Part shown: one piece after another, positions 12,251-24,400 of the stretch
Numbering within the stretch: the stretch's first letter is position 1
How the letters are laid out: every line of letters begins with the position of its first letter
Assembly (NCBI RefSeq): GCF_021869535.1
Contig: NW_026262679.1
Location: forward strand, 50,034,001-50,098,000
Direction: 5' to 3'
Source of the DNA: Mytilus californianus
Lineage: Eukaryota
Length of the DNA stretch: 64,000 nt
The notes under the pieces: model-generated
What the model was told of the DNA's origin: nothing
What the model saw: only the letters and a program-made list of their open reading frames with translations
Database searches by the model: none
Made by a program: the position numbers and the translations under genes

Positions 12251-13186
12251 CCAACATAGTCTTCTTATCTGTAATTTTAACGATTGTGTCCTACTCCCGA
12301 TTGTGACATTTTAACTGAATGTAGATTTGCATGGCTTAACCTGTCGACGAACCAGATTTCGTTCCTTTTGGAGTTCATGTAATTCTGTCGGTTATTTTAT
12401 TTATTTTATCTTCTAAATCGATTGGTGAGGTATGAACATGGTATAAACATTGGTAAACTACTATACTTATATGAGTTGTATCGAACTGTAATAAATCAAA
12501 ACAAACAAACAAGACAACCTTGTAGTTCATAAGGTGGTCTTGATGAACTCATCATATGCTAGGATAATTTTTCTACGTAAAAACCTACCCATTCATGGTG
12601 AAATATAACAGTAAAACTTTTTTCTGTTTAGATGAAGATAAAAATAATTGAGATTTTTCACACAGATTTTCTTATTAGCCATGTTTTTGCATTACGGATA
12701 ATTTTCTAAATAAAAGAATCATTCATGTTTCATTGTTTTTCAATAAACAAAAATATATCTTTTGTTATATTTTGACTACTACAGCTAGGCTATGAAGCTC
12801 CTACCAAGTGTTTGATTAGACAGGATATTTACATAACTTGTTGAAGAGATGAAGCAGTTTTGAATTATTTGGCTGTAAAATTATTGGAGAAACAATTGTT
12901 TGTCCTAGATAGCAAACTTAAATTGACTCTGCATTCAAAAGCGATATCAATACTATTAAATGAGAATGAGAAGACCTCATTTTGTGTGTCGCTTCTCTTC
13001 CTTCCACAATGAATTAAACACCATGCCTCTGTGTTCTATAGGTAACATACGTAGTCGCATTTGTCACCCTCGCTTATGATTATTCCGTTTGGGTTATTTT
13101 GGGAGGAAAACGAAAATAAAGGCGTCCGGATATTGTTTCCATCATCGGACGGACTTTCAAGTCATAGAAAAGACTTCCGTTTCATA

Positions 13187-13521
13187 GGTACTTGGGGACA
13201 GGACAATTATTTTTGCGTTTTTCTTTATTCTGTGAACATACATATACTATAAATTAAGTGTATTTGCTATTAACTATCAATTTCAAGTTTACTATCCACG
13301 GCGGTCAATGATATATTATATAGAGAGTCTCTATATATATATCAGTGACAGCCGTAAACTTGGAATTGATAGTAAATAGAAAATACAATTTATTTATAGT
13401 ATATGTGTGTTCATAGTATACAGAAAAACTCGAAAATAATTGAAATTAATAGAAAACAAAAATATAACGGATTTTGGAAAAAAGGGGGAGAGCAAAAAAA
13501 ATTGTCCTGTCCCCAAGTACC
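13187..13521. mobile_element. Palindromic MITE-like element with TA flanks
   Basis: TIR ggtacttggggacaggacaatt / aattgtcctgtccccaagtacc with TA on both sides. An inner inverted repeat lies at ~13231-13300 / 13350-13415. Confidence 0.65.
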
Positions 13522-14039
13522 TATGACTTTTGATACCTTTCCTGAAATTCTCCAGTTATAAAATCTTTTACAAAAATTCATCCTACAACAGTTTACATAC
13601 TTTCAACCACGTTATAAATGCCCGCAATTTCGCTTGTGTGTTCTAGTATTTCTTTATATATATTAAAGAGGTCATCACATTCTTACGAAGTTATATTCAA
13701 TACCTGTGCGAAATTTCATTCTCTGTACAACTTATGTTTAAAAACCATATTACACAGCTATTATCTCAGATATTGCCCGTCACATACCTGTTAGCATTGG
13801 GAAAGAAGTAACGGAGAAACAATCCTTTCTAAAGCTTCCCTTGCCTACAAAGTTCGTGCTATCAATTTAGACTGTGTCCTGTATCATAAGTCAGTTCAGT
13901 CAAAAAAAAACTTGTACTTTAAAGATCAATCTGCATCTATCATCTCTTATACATGTACCTATACCACACATATTGCTACTTAAATGTTCAGCTACAAACA
14001 CGTGTTGCGGGATCTCAATGCGAGATCTCTTAACTTCCT

Positions 14040-14920
14040 GATTGCACCCTCATTTTTTCCATTCATTTACATATGTGTAAACCAAAGAGACTAACAACCG
14101 TAGGCATAACTCTATAAAAAATTGGCGTAATAGCTTGACAAAAGAGCGATATCAGGTGCGTCGACAGGATACTGATAAGTGTCTCCTCTGAGTACATAAC
14201 CAGCAATGAGAATCCCCACGCAATCATAATGTCACAATCGAGAATAGGACACAATCAGTGAATTTGTAAATCAGACGACTATTCCGGTATCTAAAGACCA
14301 CAAAAAAATTAACCTCAGACATATTGTATCGGTCAACCCAATCGTAAGGAAGATCGTAAATCTTGTATAGTGTCGATTTCAGACGTTCTTCCTCATATCT
14401 ATGTTGAAACAATTAATGTGTTAGGAGCACAGTCTTGTTTATGAAGTCCGTATACACACACATATATGTATATATATAGTGTATGTGAACATGTACTAGC
14501 TAAACGTATAAATTGAGATTTGTAAATACCACACGATAAGACAGAGGATATGTTACTGCTTAGAAATGAGAAGTTACCGTTTGAAAATGTTGAAATCATC
14601 ACGTTTGTCATACACTCTAGTTTAAAATCGTTCATCGATGTCAATATCAAGGAATGAAGCAGACTGAGTCCTTTTAGTTTCGGTAATATCCTAAGTTTCT
14701 CTATAAAAATAAGATGTGGTATGATTGCGATTAATACCGGTATCCACCAAAGGACAAGAGATGTGTTGACTTCACTTTGATGTATGAGATACACGCACTT
14801 ACTGAAACTGACAGGACATCATTAATATACACGTAAATGTGAAAGTGTGAAATTAAAGTTCTTTGCAAGAATATGTCTTTTGATAGGTTCTGTATGAATT
14901 CTGCTTCATATGTGTACAAA
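14040..14920 (-). pseudogene. Penelope-like reverse transcriptase relic (second copy, opposite strand)
   Basis: Minus-strand pieces: YTYEAEFIQNL..YINDVLS, SASFLDIDID..VYDKRDDFN..NFSFLSSNISS..GIYKSQFIRLASTCSH, RYEEERLKSTLYKIYDLPYDWVDRY. Interrupted by a short repeat at ~14710-14760. Confidence 0.72.
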
Positions 14921-17857
14921 AAACCAGTCGACTAGTAGGGGTGCACAATACGCACTAGATGGAATTGTCTATTAAAATATATATTCATTAGACTCAACAT
15001 GGAACCGAGAGGCGAAAGATACCAAAGGGAATATTCAAACTCACAAATTTAAATCAAACTGACAATAACATGGCAAAAAACGACGAAAAGACAAAGAACA
15101 ATGCATAAAACACAACATAGAAAACTAAAGACTGAGCAACACGAACCCCACAAAAACCGGGGGTGATCTCAGGTGCTCCGGAAAGAGTAAGCAGCTCCTG
15201 CTCCAAATGTGGCACCCGTCGTGTTGCTCATGTAAATGTAAGTACAAATCTGGTGATAAGTCTAATTTGGTAAGCCACAATCGAGGAATAGAGGACGGGA
15301 TATAAGTTGTCGATCATAATTTGGTGTATTTATTGTAAGATTCAGCGTGGTTCTTTACAAAATAAGATTTTTTTTTTCATGACATAAAAGAAGGAATTTG
15401 TATCTACGATTCCCATTATGTACAAAAGGGACTGTTTAATTGGAAGATGTAGTCAGTCTGTATGGGGAATAAAACTAGATAGTGCAGACATAAAGTTTTG
15501 ATATTACTGCAAAATTGTAAAGATTGTGATTAGAGATTTTGGGAGTAGATCTCTAGAATTTTTTTAAAATTCACCTTTGATTGATACCTCTTGTTGAGTT
15601 TACCTTTACAAAATATTGCTGAGAGTAATTTTTACGGTAAAAAGATGGCAGTAGAAAGGTGCTTAGATGAACATTTCGGGACCTTTTATAGCTGACTATG
15701 CGGTAAGGGCTTTGCTCATTGTTGAAGGCCGTTCGGTTACCTATAGTTGTTAATTTCTGTGTCAATTGGTCTCTTGTCTCATTGGCAATCATACCACATC
15801 TTCTTATTTTTATAAGTTAATTGTCCGCAAAATAAGTGTGCGAACTGGTGAAGCGGGAACCAGGTTAAAGATAACACAATTATTAGTTTGTGTACGTCGG
15901 TTACTATACTGGTAAAAACTATATAAAACCACAATTGTACATTTTCTAAGATAGCTTGCCAAATTCAGAGGGAAATGATAACATAACATACTATTAATTA
16001 ATGTTTTGTTTCAATATTGCTATTTACAAGAACATCTTCTTGTGCACTTATAGCAGTAGCGTCCTAGTTGAAAACGTGCCAAACATTGAAAAGTTCTATT
16101 TCTTGATGTTATCAGGTAAGATTTCATTTTTGCCATCAGAGTTAGGGAATTCATGTTCGTTACAGACAAAAATATAACTCCTACCGTCATCAAGTATAAA
16201 CTGCAAAATTATCATGCAAAGACTAAAGGATTTATCAAAATTAAATAAGTCTGACAAAAACTAATAATCATAATGCCTCCGTCTAAATAGCCATTAGAAA
16301 TATTGCATGACAAGTAAAAAGGTGGTAAGAGGAGTTAGCAATTTGGCGACCGGATTGCTCACCAGTGACAAGGATAAGCATTATCCGGTCCGGTTGACTA
16401 ATGTATGTTTACGACTTTGAAAACCTCTAAATTGTTTTTTTTTCACTAAACTTTAATGAAGACATTCTATATGTTTTACTAAGAAACTGCTGTACTCTTT
16501 CTACTTATGAATTGAATTCGGTTAACAATGCAAAACATTATCTCTTTGTCTTTAAATGTCGTTTTCGTCAGTTTCTTGTCGTAATTTTTTTAAAGTTTGG
16601 TAGCTCCACTTCTCAAACTTTTGCGACTGTCTTGATTAAACGTTTTTAAATGAATTTGAAATACATATACACCAGATACAATCATAACTGCGTCTTCTCT
16701 GAAGTTAAATCAACAAATATGCAGAATCCATATAACACAATGGGCTTAATCATTTTGTCAGATAATTCTTATTGACATTTTATGGAGAACTGATTCAGTG
16801 TTTATTTCAAGTTATTATAACGAATATTATAATGACGTTTGTCCTCTTCCTTTTTAGCTAAGGTATTGGCTTCCCTTTTCGACTTGTTCAATCTGAAAGT
16901 TTATTGGTATCTTGTGTTTTGGTAGGGTTTGTGTTGCGCAATCTTTAGTTTTCTACGTTTTGTTTTGTAGACTGTTGTTTGTTTTTTTGTTGTTTTGGTC
17001 GTTTTTTCGTTTTTTTGCCATGGAATTGTCAGTCTCTTCTACGCAAATGTTTTCAAAGTTTACAGTGTCATGATTGTTCTTTTGAATCAGCCTTATCTAT
17101 TATTCAAAAAAGTAAAAAAAATGTGGTATGATTTCTAATGTAACAGCATTTGATAAAAGAACGAAGGACAAGATATTTCCTTATTTCTAATTTGGCAGTA
17201 TCTTTGTTTTAGTGGAGATTACAAGCTTTCCAAAGAATAAAGTCATATCATAATGTGGACAGTGAATTGGAATAATTATAATGGTAAAGAAATATCTTAG
17301 CTTGTTGAAATTGCGTTAAATGATTGACATAAATTTGATGACATAAATACTTTTTAAAGATATGATAAGTTCTTAGTAATAAAAACTATAGCTCTGCCAA
17401 AAAGGATTTCTAAGGATAATGAAACGATCTGTAGTGTTAATATTGAAAGTGCTTACCAACATATTATTCATATTTTGAATAAAACATCATAACAATAAAT
17501 AAGCTTAGAATACTGAGGGGTGACAATATACATATTTTCGCAATCACCATTTGGGTCATTAGTCTTCGTTTCGAGTGGCATGCAGGAGGTAAATATAATT
17601 AAACGAATATAACTGAAAAGATATATTGCCATTAATATACAGCATTAACGTTTTCTTAAAAACAATATGCATTGCCGGAAAACGATTTTAGCAGTAAATA
17701 TAATAAACTGTACTATGGTTAAACGAAATTATTACGTTTCGATTATATTGTATATCTTGTAAGTAACTTGATATCGAGATTAAAGCTATAAACGTTGGCA
17801 GAAACCAACATATTGTTATAATTTAGTAACGGAATCATGAGGAGATATAACTTATCG

Positions 17858-18175
17858 ATTGATTGTTGTTAACCTAACGTTCAGTGGCAAATATGTCATG
17901 CATGTTCAGGAAGAGAACAAATTAACAAATAATACAATAGGTAGATCATGCAATAGGGGTTCGAGTCAGATGAATGTATATTGGATAGGGACAGATTATT
18001 TTCCTTGCAACAGGCCACCTATGGACCCCTCAATGAATGCTGTATGAGCTCTTAACGTGCAGTGAGCTTGGCACTCTCTGTACACGAGGCATCGGATTTA
18101 ATGTTTCCATTTTGACTGGACGTGGCAGTGAATATATACATCCCACATAGCCAAAGGAGATATTAGTAAGGTTTA
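17858..18175 (-). mobile_element. SINE-like element (Nin/Deu-like core) ending in an (AATC)n tail
   Basis: Core ttaaatccgatgcctcgtgtacagagagtgccaagctcactgcacgttaagag. Related copies at ~44760-45065 (+), 51690-51905 (+) and 28330-28430 (-). Superfamily label is from recall. Confidence 0.55.
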
Positions 18176-18452
18176 ACCAGTTATTGCTCAATACTTAAAC
18201 AAAATACAGCGCTTCTCCGTTTTCTGGTCGACTCATTTGTGTTTCCAATATTTGCATATAACATACACACAAAGAAAGGCTATTTGCCCAATTTAAAATC
18301 CGCTCGATTATGTATTGATAAAAAAGATGCAAATATACATCAATGAGACAACAGTTTTGTTTAGGCTGGTGCTTATCAATTTCTATCACCTATATCTGCA
18401 CTAGAGTAACCAAACTATTGTAATTTTTTTTTTCTAGATCTGGTCAGCGAAC

Positions 18453-21400
18453 ATGAAGACTATTTTGTATTTGACAGTTCTAGTAGGGATTTGCTGCGGG
18501 CAAGGTAAATATATGAACAATGAAAATGTTATTCTTAGTTTTTTTTTTTTCTCGGATTGTTTCCAAGTATATTAACTTTTAAAAACAGAATTCGAATTGT
18601 GAAACAGAAAAAGTTTATTAACTTCCAATAATTTTTATCATGGTCGCTGAAACTATATGAATATGCCATTTGTTTGTTACAATATATACTTTTAAGATTT
18701 TTTCAAATCAATTCTTTTCGTGTTTTTTTTTTTTTTTTGCAAAAGAGTATGATCTGGATCCTGTATTTTGACTCTCTTTATGCTGTTCTCTTTGCATGTA
18801 CATAACGGAAAATAGTATTTCATTTCCTTGGCATTATGCCATTTCGAGAACTCAGGAAATCTAATTGGAAGCACTTTGATTTGATGTATGTGTAATTAAT
18901 TTTTTTTTATGAACAACTGCAGTTTGTATATTTGACTAAATTTCGAAACATGGAAATATTCTTTTAATATGTTTGATTTTTATAAAAACATTTTGTACAT
19001 GAAGGATGTTAAATGATGGTTGCTATGGATATTATTAACAAGTTCAAAATGAAGATGGTAATACCTTTTTTAACTTCTAAAACAGAATGTACTTCTAAAG
19101 TTTTAAATGCATGCGTTTGTATAATAGTGGAATTTATTATAACAGCGATTTCGTTAATACCCTTTAGTTGTTTTTAAAGCAAACACATTAACTGTATATA
19201 TGCATACAAGATACCAACAATTAGTAAGTACTGTCGACAACAGTATCATATGTAAGAAAATTTCTTTCATAAGCTTTTCTAAGTGATATGAAATTGGTTA
19301 CTATATAGAATTACACCTGGTTTTTCATTTCTTTAGTTTGGAGTGCATGCTTATTAAAGACGTATTTCCCCTGCAGTTAAAAATAAAATATATTAAAAGA
19401 TTTTCCTGGAGCTTTGCTTATATATATCAAAATGATTTGTAAATGTGCTTATTCGACCTCACAAGCTGTCAAATTGCAGTCTTTTTTTTTTTTGTTATTT
19501 TACTTTTTGGATGTATATACAGAATGCATTGACATGACCTTTTAGTGTAAAGTAAAATATCAAAAGTACCTAACTCCAAGGGAATTTCAAAACGGAAAGT
19601 CCTTTATCAAATGGCAAAATCAAAAGCTCAAACACACCAAAACGAATTGATAACAACTGTCATATTCCTGACTTAGTACAGGCATTTCCTTATGTAGAAA
19701 ATGGTGGATTAAACCTGGTTTTATAGCTAGCTAAACCTCTCACTTGTATGACAGTCGCATAGAATTCAATTATATTGACAATAGTGTGTGAGCAAAACAA
19801 ACAGACATAATAGGTAAAAATGTCAAAAACGTGGGTACAGCAGTCAACATTGTGTTATAATCTTCATTACTATAAAAACAAATAACTATTTCAACGAAGA
19901 AAAACAAAATGGCATATAGACACTCTATAGACAAAGTACATAAGCAAAAATGAAAGACAAGAATACAAAAAATGACCATAACTCAATAACACAATGGCGG
20001 GATTTATAAATACCGAGCCACTCAAAAAATATATTTCTAAGAAATGGACTAAACAGTAAGGTTAAAACATACAAAGACAATTAAAAAGAACACTTTAACA
20101 AAAAGGCTATGTTTAGTGTATGATTTATATGATTCTGATCATTAGTATTAAATAAATGAATAACTGCTAAATATTTCAAAAAGACGTACTCAACGTGACA
20201 AACAGAGACCCCTTTCATTTCGAAAGAGATAAATTAATGGTAGTTTTTAGAATGTTTGGTTATAAATGCATTAAACTTCTTCATTGATTGGCCTTCGAAC
20301 TGCGAAATCTGGGTGCCACTGTTAGTCTTGTGTTGACGAAACGCGCGAATGGCGCACTAAATAAAGCCTAATATCTGTGATGCGTTTTTTTTACCCTTTT
20401 CTAGGAAATGTCTATCAGGAAATATTTCTTACAAATGTAAATTTGTTAATTACAGGAAGAGATAACCAAGGCACAGAGTTTTTGCTTGGTTTTATGGACA
20501 ACAGAGGTAGGTAGTTTAAAAACTGTCAAATAATACAGTGTAATAGTTTAAACAATCGTCTGTATATAAAAAGGAGATGTGATATGATAGCAAAAGGCAC
20601 AAAAGGCGGTGGCGTATCTAGAGGGCAGGGGGTTGTGGGATTCGGTTCTTACCTTTTCTCTTATTTTTTCTTTGAAAGACACACAATGATGAGAATTTCA
20701 TGTTTCAAATTTTACAACTGAACTAATGTTTTATTTATATACAAATAAGTAGATATGGTATGATTGCCAATATGATAACAATCCAACAGAAAAGACGAAG
20801 ATATAAGCAATAATAAGTCACCGTACGGCCTTTAACAATGAACAAAACCCATACTATGTAGTCAGCTATAAAAGCTCCCGACATAAGAACTATATAAAGA
20901 CACATCTCATGAAAAAAAAACCCTACTTCAAATTTAATTGGTTTCTGTAATCTTGGGTGGTTGATAGTTACGAACGTTTCCATCACCAATCTAATACCAT
21001 CGAAATCAAGGCATTTTTTTTGACAAACTTCAAGTCCTAAAAAATGTGTATGGTAGAATTAAACTGCATTTATTTTGATAACTGACACTTTAACGTATTG
21101 TAAACATCACAAGTACATTTATTTTGATAACTGACACTTTAACGTATTGTAAACATCACAAGTACATTTATTTTGATAACTGACACTTTAACGTATTGTA
21201 AACATTACAAGTACATTTTTTTTGATAACTGACACATTAACGTATTGTAAACATCACAAGTACGATAACTGACACTTTAACGTATTGTAAACATCACAAG
21301 TACATTTATTTTGATAACTGACACTTTAACGTATTGTAAACATCACAAGTACATTTTTTTTTTGATAACTGACACTTTAACGTATTGTAAACATCACAAG

Positions 21401-24400
21401 TACATTTATTTTTAATAGATTTATATTACTTTGGGCATGTCCATTTCAAAAACATCTTTGTTTTAATTTTCAAGCATTAGCAGTAAATGTTCTAGACTGA
21501 AATGCTTATCTTATAAAAATCAAATCCTCCAGTTCCAGAGCAATTATATATAAAACATTAAGTTTATATTTATACTTTACACATTTTTGCTAATTGAAAA
21601 AGAGATGTTTTTTTATAGTTTCAGGAAGTTCAAGTAATGACCTTGAACTCTTTGTTACCACAAGCTCTAACACAGCAGTAGATGTAACGGTAACAGCCCC
21701 ATTATTTTCACCTGGAAGTACACTTGCGTCTACAACTGTCAGTCGTGGGAATATTGAAAAGATAACCATAACGATGTCCCTTCGTGGACTTGATGTAGAA
21801 CTAGGGAATAAAGGTGTCTTGATCGAAGCAACACAAGAAATCACGGTATTCGCTGTAAACAAAGAGTTATATTCCACGGATGGATTCGTAGGATTTCCGA
21901 CCGACACATTAGGAACAGAATATATATTGATCACATGGTCCACTGACGGACAGTTTATTGTTGTTGGCGTAACAGATGGAACCACTGTAACTATTACACT
22001 TCCGACATTTGTGTCTTCTACCTTATCCGTTACATACAACGGAAATACATATACCAATGGTCAATCATTCACCGTTATTCTTGATCGCTACCAAACATTT
22101 CATTGCTATCAAAGCGATGGTGACTTCACAGGAACAAGGATCGAAGCGACTCACCCAGTATCGGTTTTCAGCGGAGCTAGAAAGGTAGCAGTAAAAGATA
22201 CCATGACGGGTACCAGTTCTGATCATCTTGTAGAACAGATAATGTCAGTGGACACTTGGGGCAAAGACTTCTTCACCATAAGTACACCAGATAGAACTAT
22301 AGGTGATTACTTCAGAATAGTGGCAAGTGAAGATTCCACTACTGTTTCATTGGCCGGTTCAACACATGGGACCATAAATGCATATGAATACATTGAACTG
22401 AATGTCGACACAGGGGATTATAAAACCATTACATCTGATAAAGCAGTTATGATTGTTATGTTCGGAAAAACCGTTAGTTCCCAGAATGGAGATGCACCAA
22501 ATGGCGGTGATCCACAGATGACGGTAATACCACCTCTTCCCCAATTTCCGTCAGACTATACCTTTAGCACTGTTGAAACACCATCCGGTGATTTTACAAA
22601 TTACGCCCTGGTTGTTATAGATACATCAAAAACTTCCGATTTAATGGTTGACAATGTTGCTGCAAGCGCTTCATGGGCGTCAATTGCCGGATCAGCCACT
22701 TTGGTCACTGCAACGTTTGATATTAGTCCCGGATCACACTCAGTCTTCAACAACGATCCTGCTGCAACTTTTATGGCAATAGCATTCGGCAATGCTCAGA
22801 CTAATTCATATGCTTATGCATGTGGTTTTCGATTAGCACAAATCAATGCAGTAAGTATTTATTTTTTAATTTTGTAATACAGAACAGTTGATAAAAGAGA
22901 AAACATGGATGGTGGACGGTTGGAAATAATGTAAATGCACTTCAGCCCTGTGTAAAAAAAAATCACCATCTCTTTGGCTAATAAAGACTGTTGTTTCGCC
23001 GTGTGATTAATTTTTGTATCGCCAAATAAAGAAACAATAAAAAACTTTTTTTTATGTGTATTGAAATTTCTGGTTTTAACTGTATTATATGATATTGTTA
23101 TTCCCGTTTTGTACATTTGAACACCAGACATTCTGACATTATCCTCACTTTCACTAGCTAGTTTTGGAACAAAAGTTTGAATGTATTCTCTATTTGAATT
23201 TAACATATAGGTAAAACTAAGATATCAGAAAGTTCAAGCTTTCTCGTGCGCTGGCATCACCATGTTATACCGTCTTTTAGTTGGTTTACAAGTTTATTCA
23301 AAATATGTTTTTAAACAATTTGTAACTTAGTCTATTTACACCGAAATGCATAATATTGCAAAAGAAAATCCAGAGTCTTTTCTGTTTCCCCTCGTTAAAA
23401 GGCATAAAACACGTGTCGTCAACAATTTCGTGGTTCCATGGAAGTATTAATATTAAATTGAATATAATACTTTCATGGTTATACCAGTCATTAATGCCGT
23501 TTACTAAGAAGTGCTGAAGTGATAAAAGAGAATGTATACCACAAAAAAATACATAAATAAATAATGATTTACCGATGTAAAACCCACTTAATACGAAATA
23601 TGTATTGAAGTAATTTTTGTATTGTAGCTCTCTGCATATCAGTTAAATATATTAATATTTACCATTTTCCTTTAAAAACTTATTTTCAACAACGATTTTA
23701 GATTATAAAGTTTGCCTGTAACGTTTTATTTTCTGTCAGACTTTTAATGAAAATTAAGTTAAGTCAGTTAAATTTGACAATAGTCTACACAGAAACAAAA
23801 GTAAAAGAAATATCAACTTGCATGTGGACCCAGTCCTCATTCATGAATCCAAGAGTTACCATAATACATTTGTATTTTTAATAGCCATGTTCAAGCACAT
23901 CAACAGTAGCCGGTGACATCTTGGATAACGACTGTGATGGATGGATTGATGAAGAAACCGACAACGGAATAGGTGATATAAATAAATAGTTATCATTTTA
24001 AGAGTTACCGATGTATCTAAAATGTAAAATTGAGAATGGAAACGGGGAATGTGTCAAAGAGACAACAACCCGACCAAAGCGCATAGCCCAAGGCAACCAA
24101 TGGGTCTTCAACAAAGCGAAAAAAATCCCGCACCAGGAGGCGGGCTTCAGCTGGCGCTTAAACAATAATAAAATTGAGAATGGAAATGGGGAATATGTCA
24201 AAGAGACAACAACCCGGCCAAAAAGCAGACACCAGCCGAAGGCCACCAATGGGTCTTCAACGCAGCGAGAAAGTCCCGCAACCGGAGGTGGTCCTCAGCT
24301 GGCCCTTAAATAAAAATGTGCACTAGTTCAGTGGAAATGGACGTCATACTAAACTCCAAAACATATAAATGAACTAAAATTAAAAAACATACAAGACTAA

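Noticed and set aside
16081-16115. Non-coding first exons for genes A (donor at 16115), C (10346) and B (37006)
   Set aside because: Good donor motifs, but no independent support without transcripts, so not listed as features.
21066-21413. CRISPR-like regular repeats
   Set aside because: Units are head-to-tail with no unique spacers, in a eukaryotic intron.
21590-22792. Minus-strand ORFs (21590-22057, 22601-22792; also 38716-38976)
   Set aside because: Antisense shadows of the large coding exons.
21625-22850. Horizontal transfer of the 1.2-kb intronless domain exon from bacteria
   Set aside because: The domain also occurs in animals, base composition matches the other exons, and the gene is fully spliced. 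There is no positive evidence without a phylogeny.
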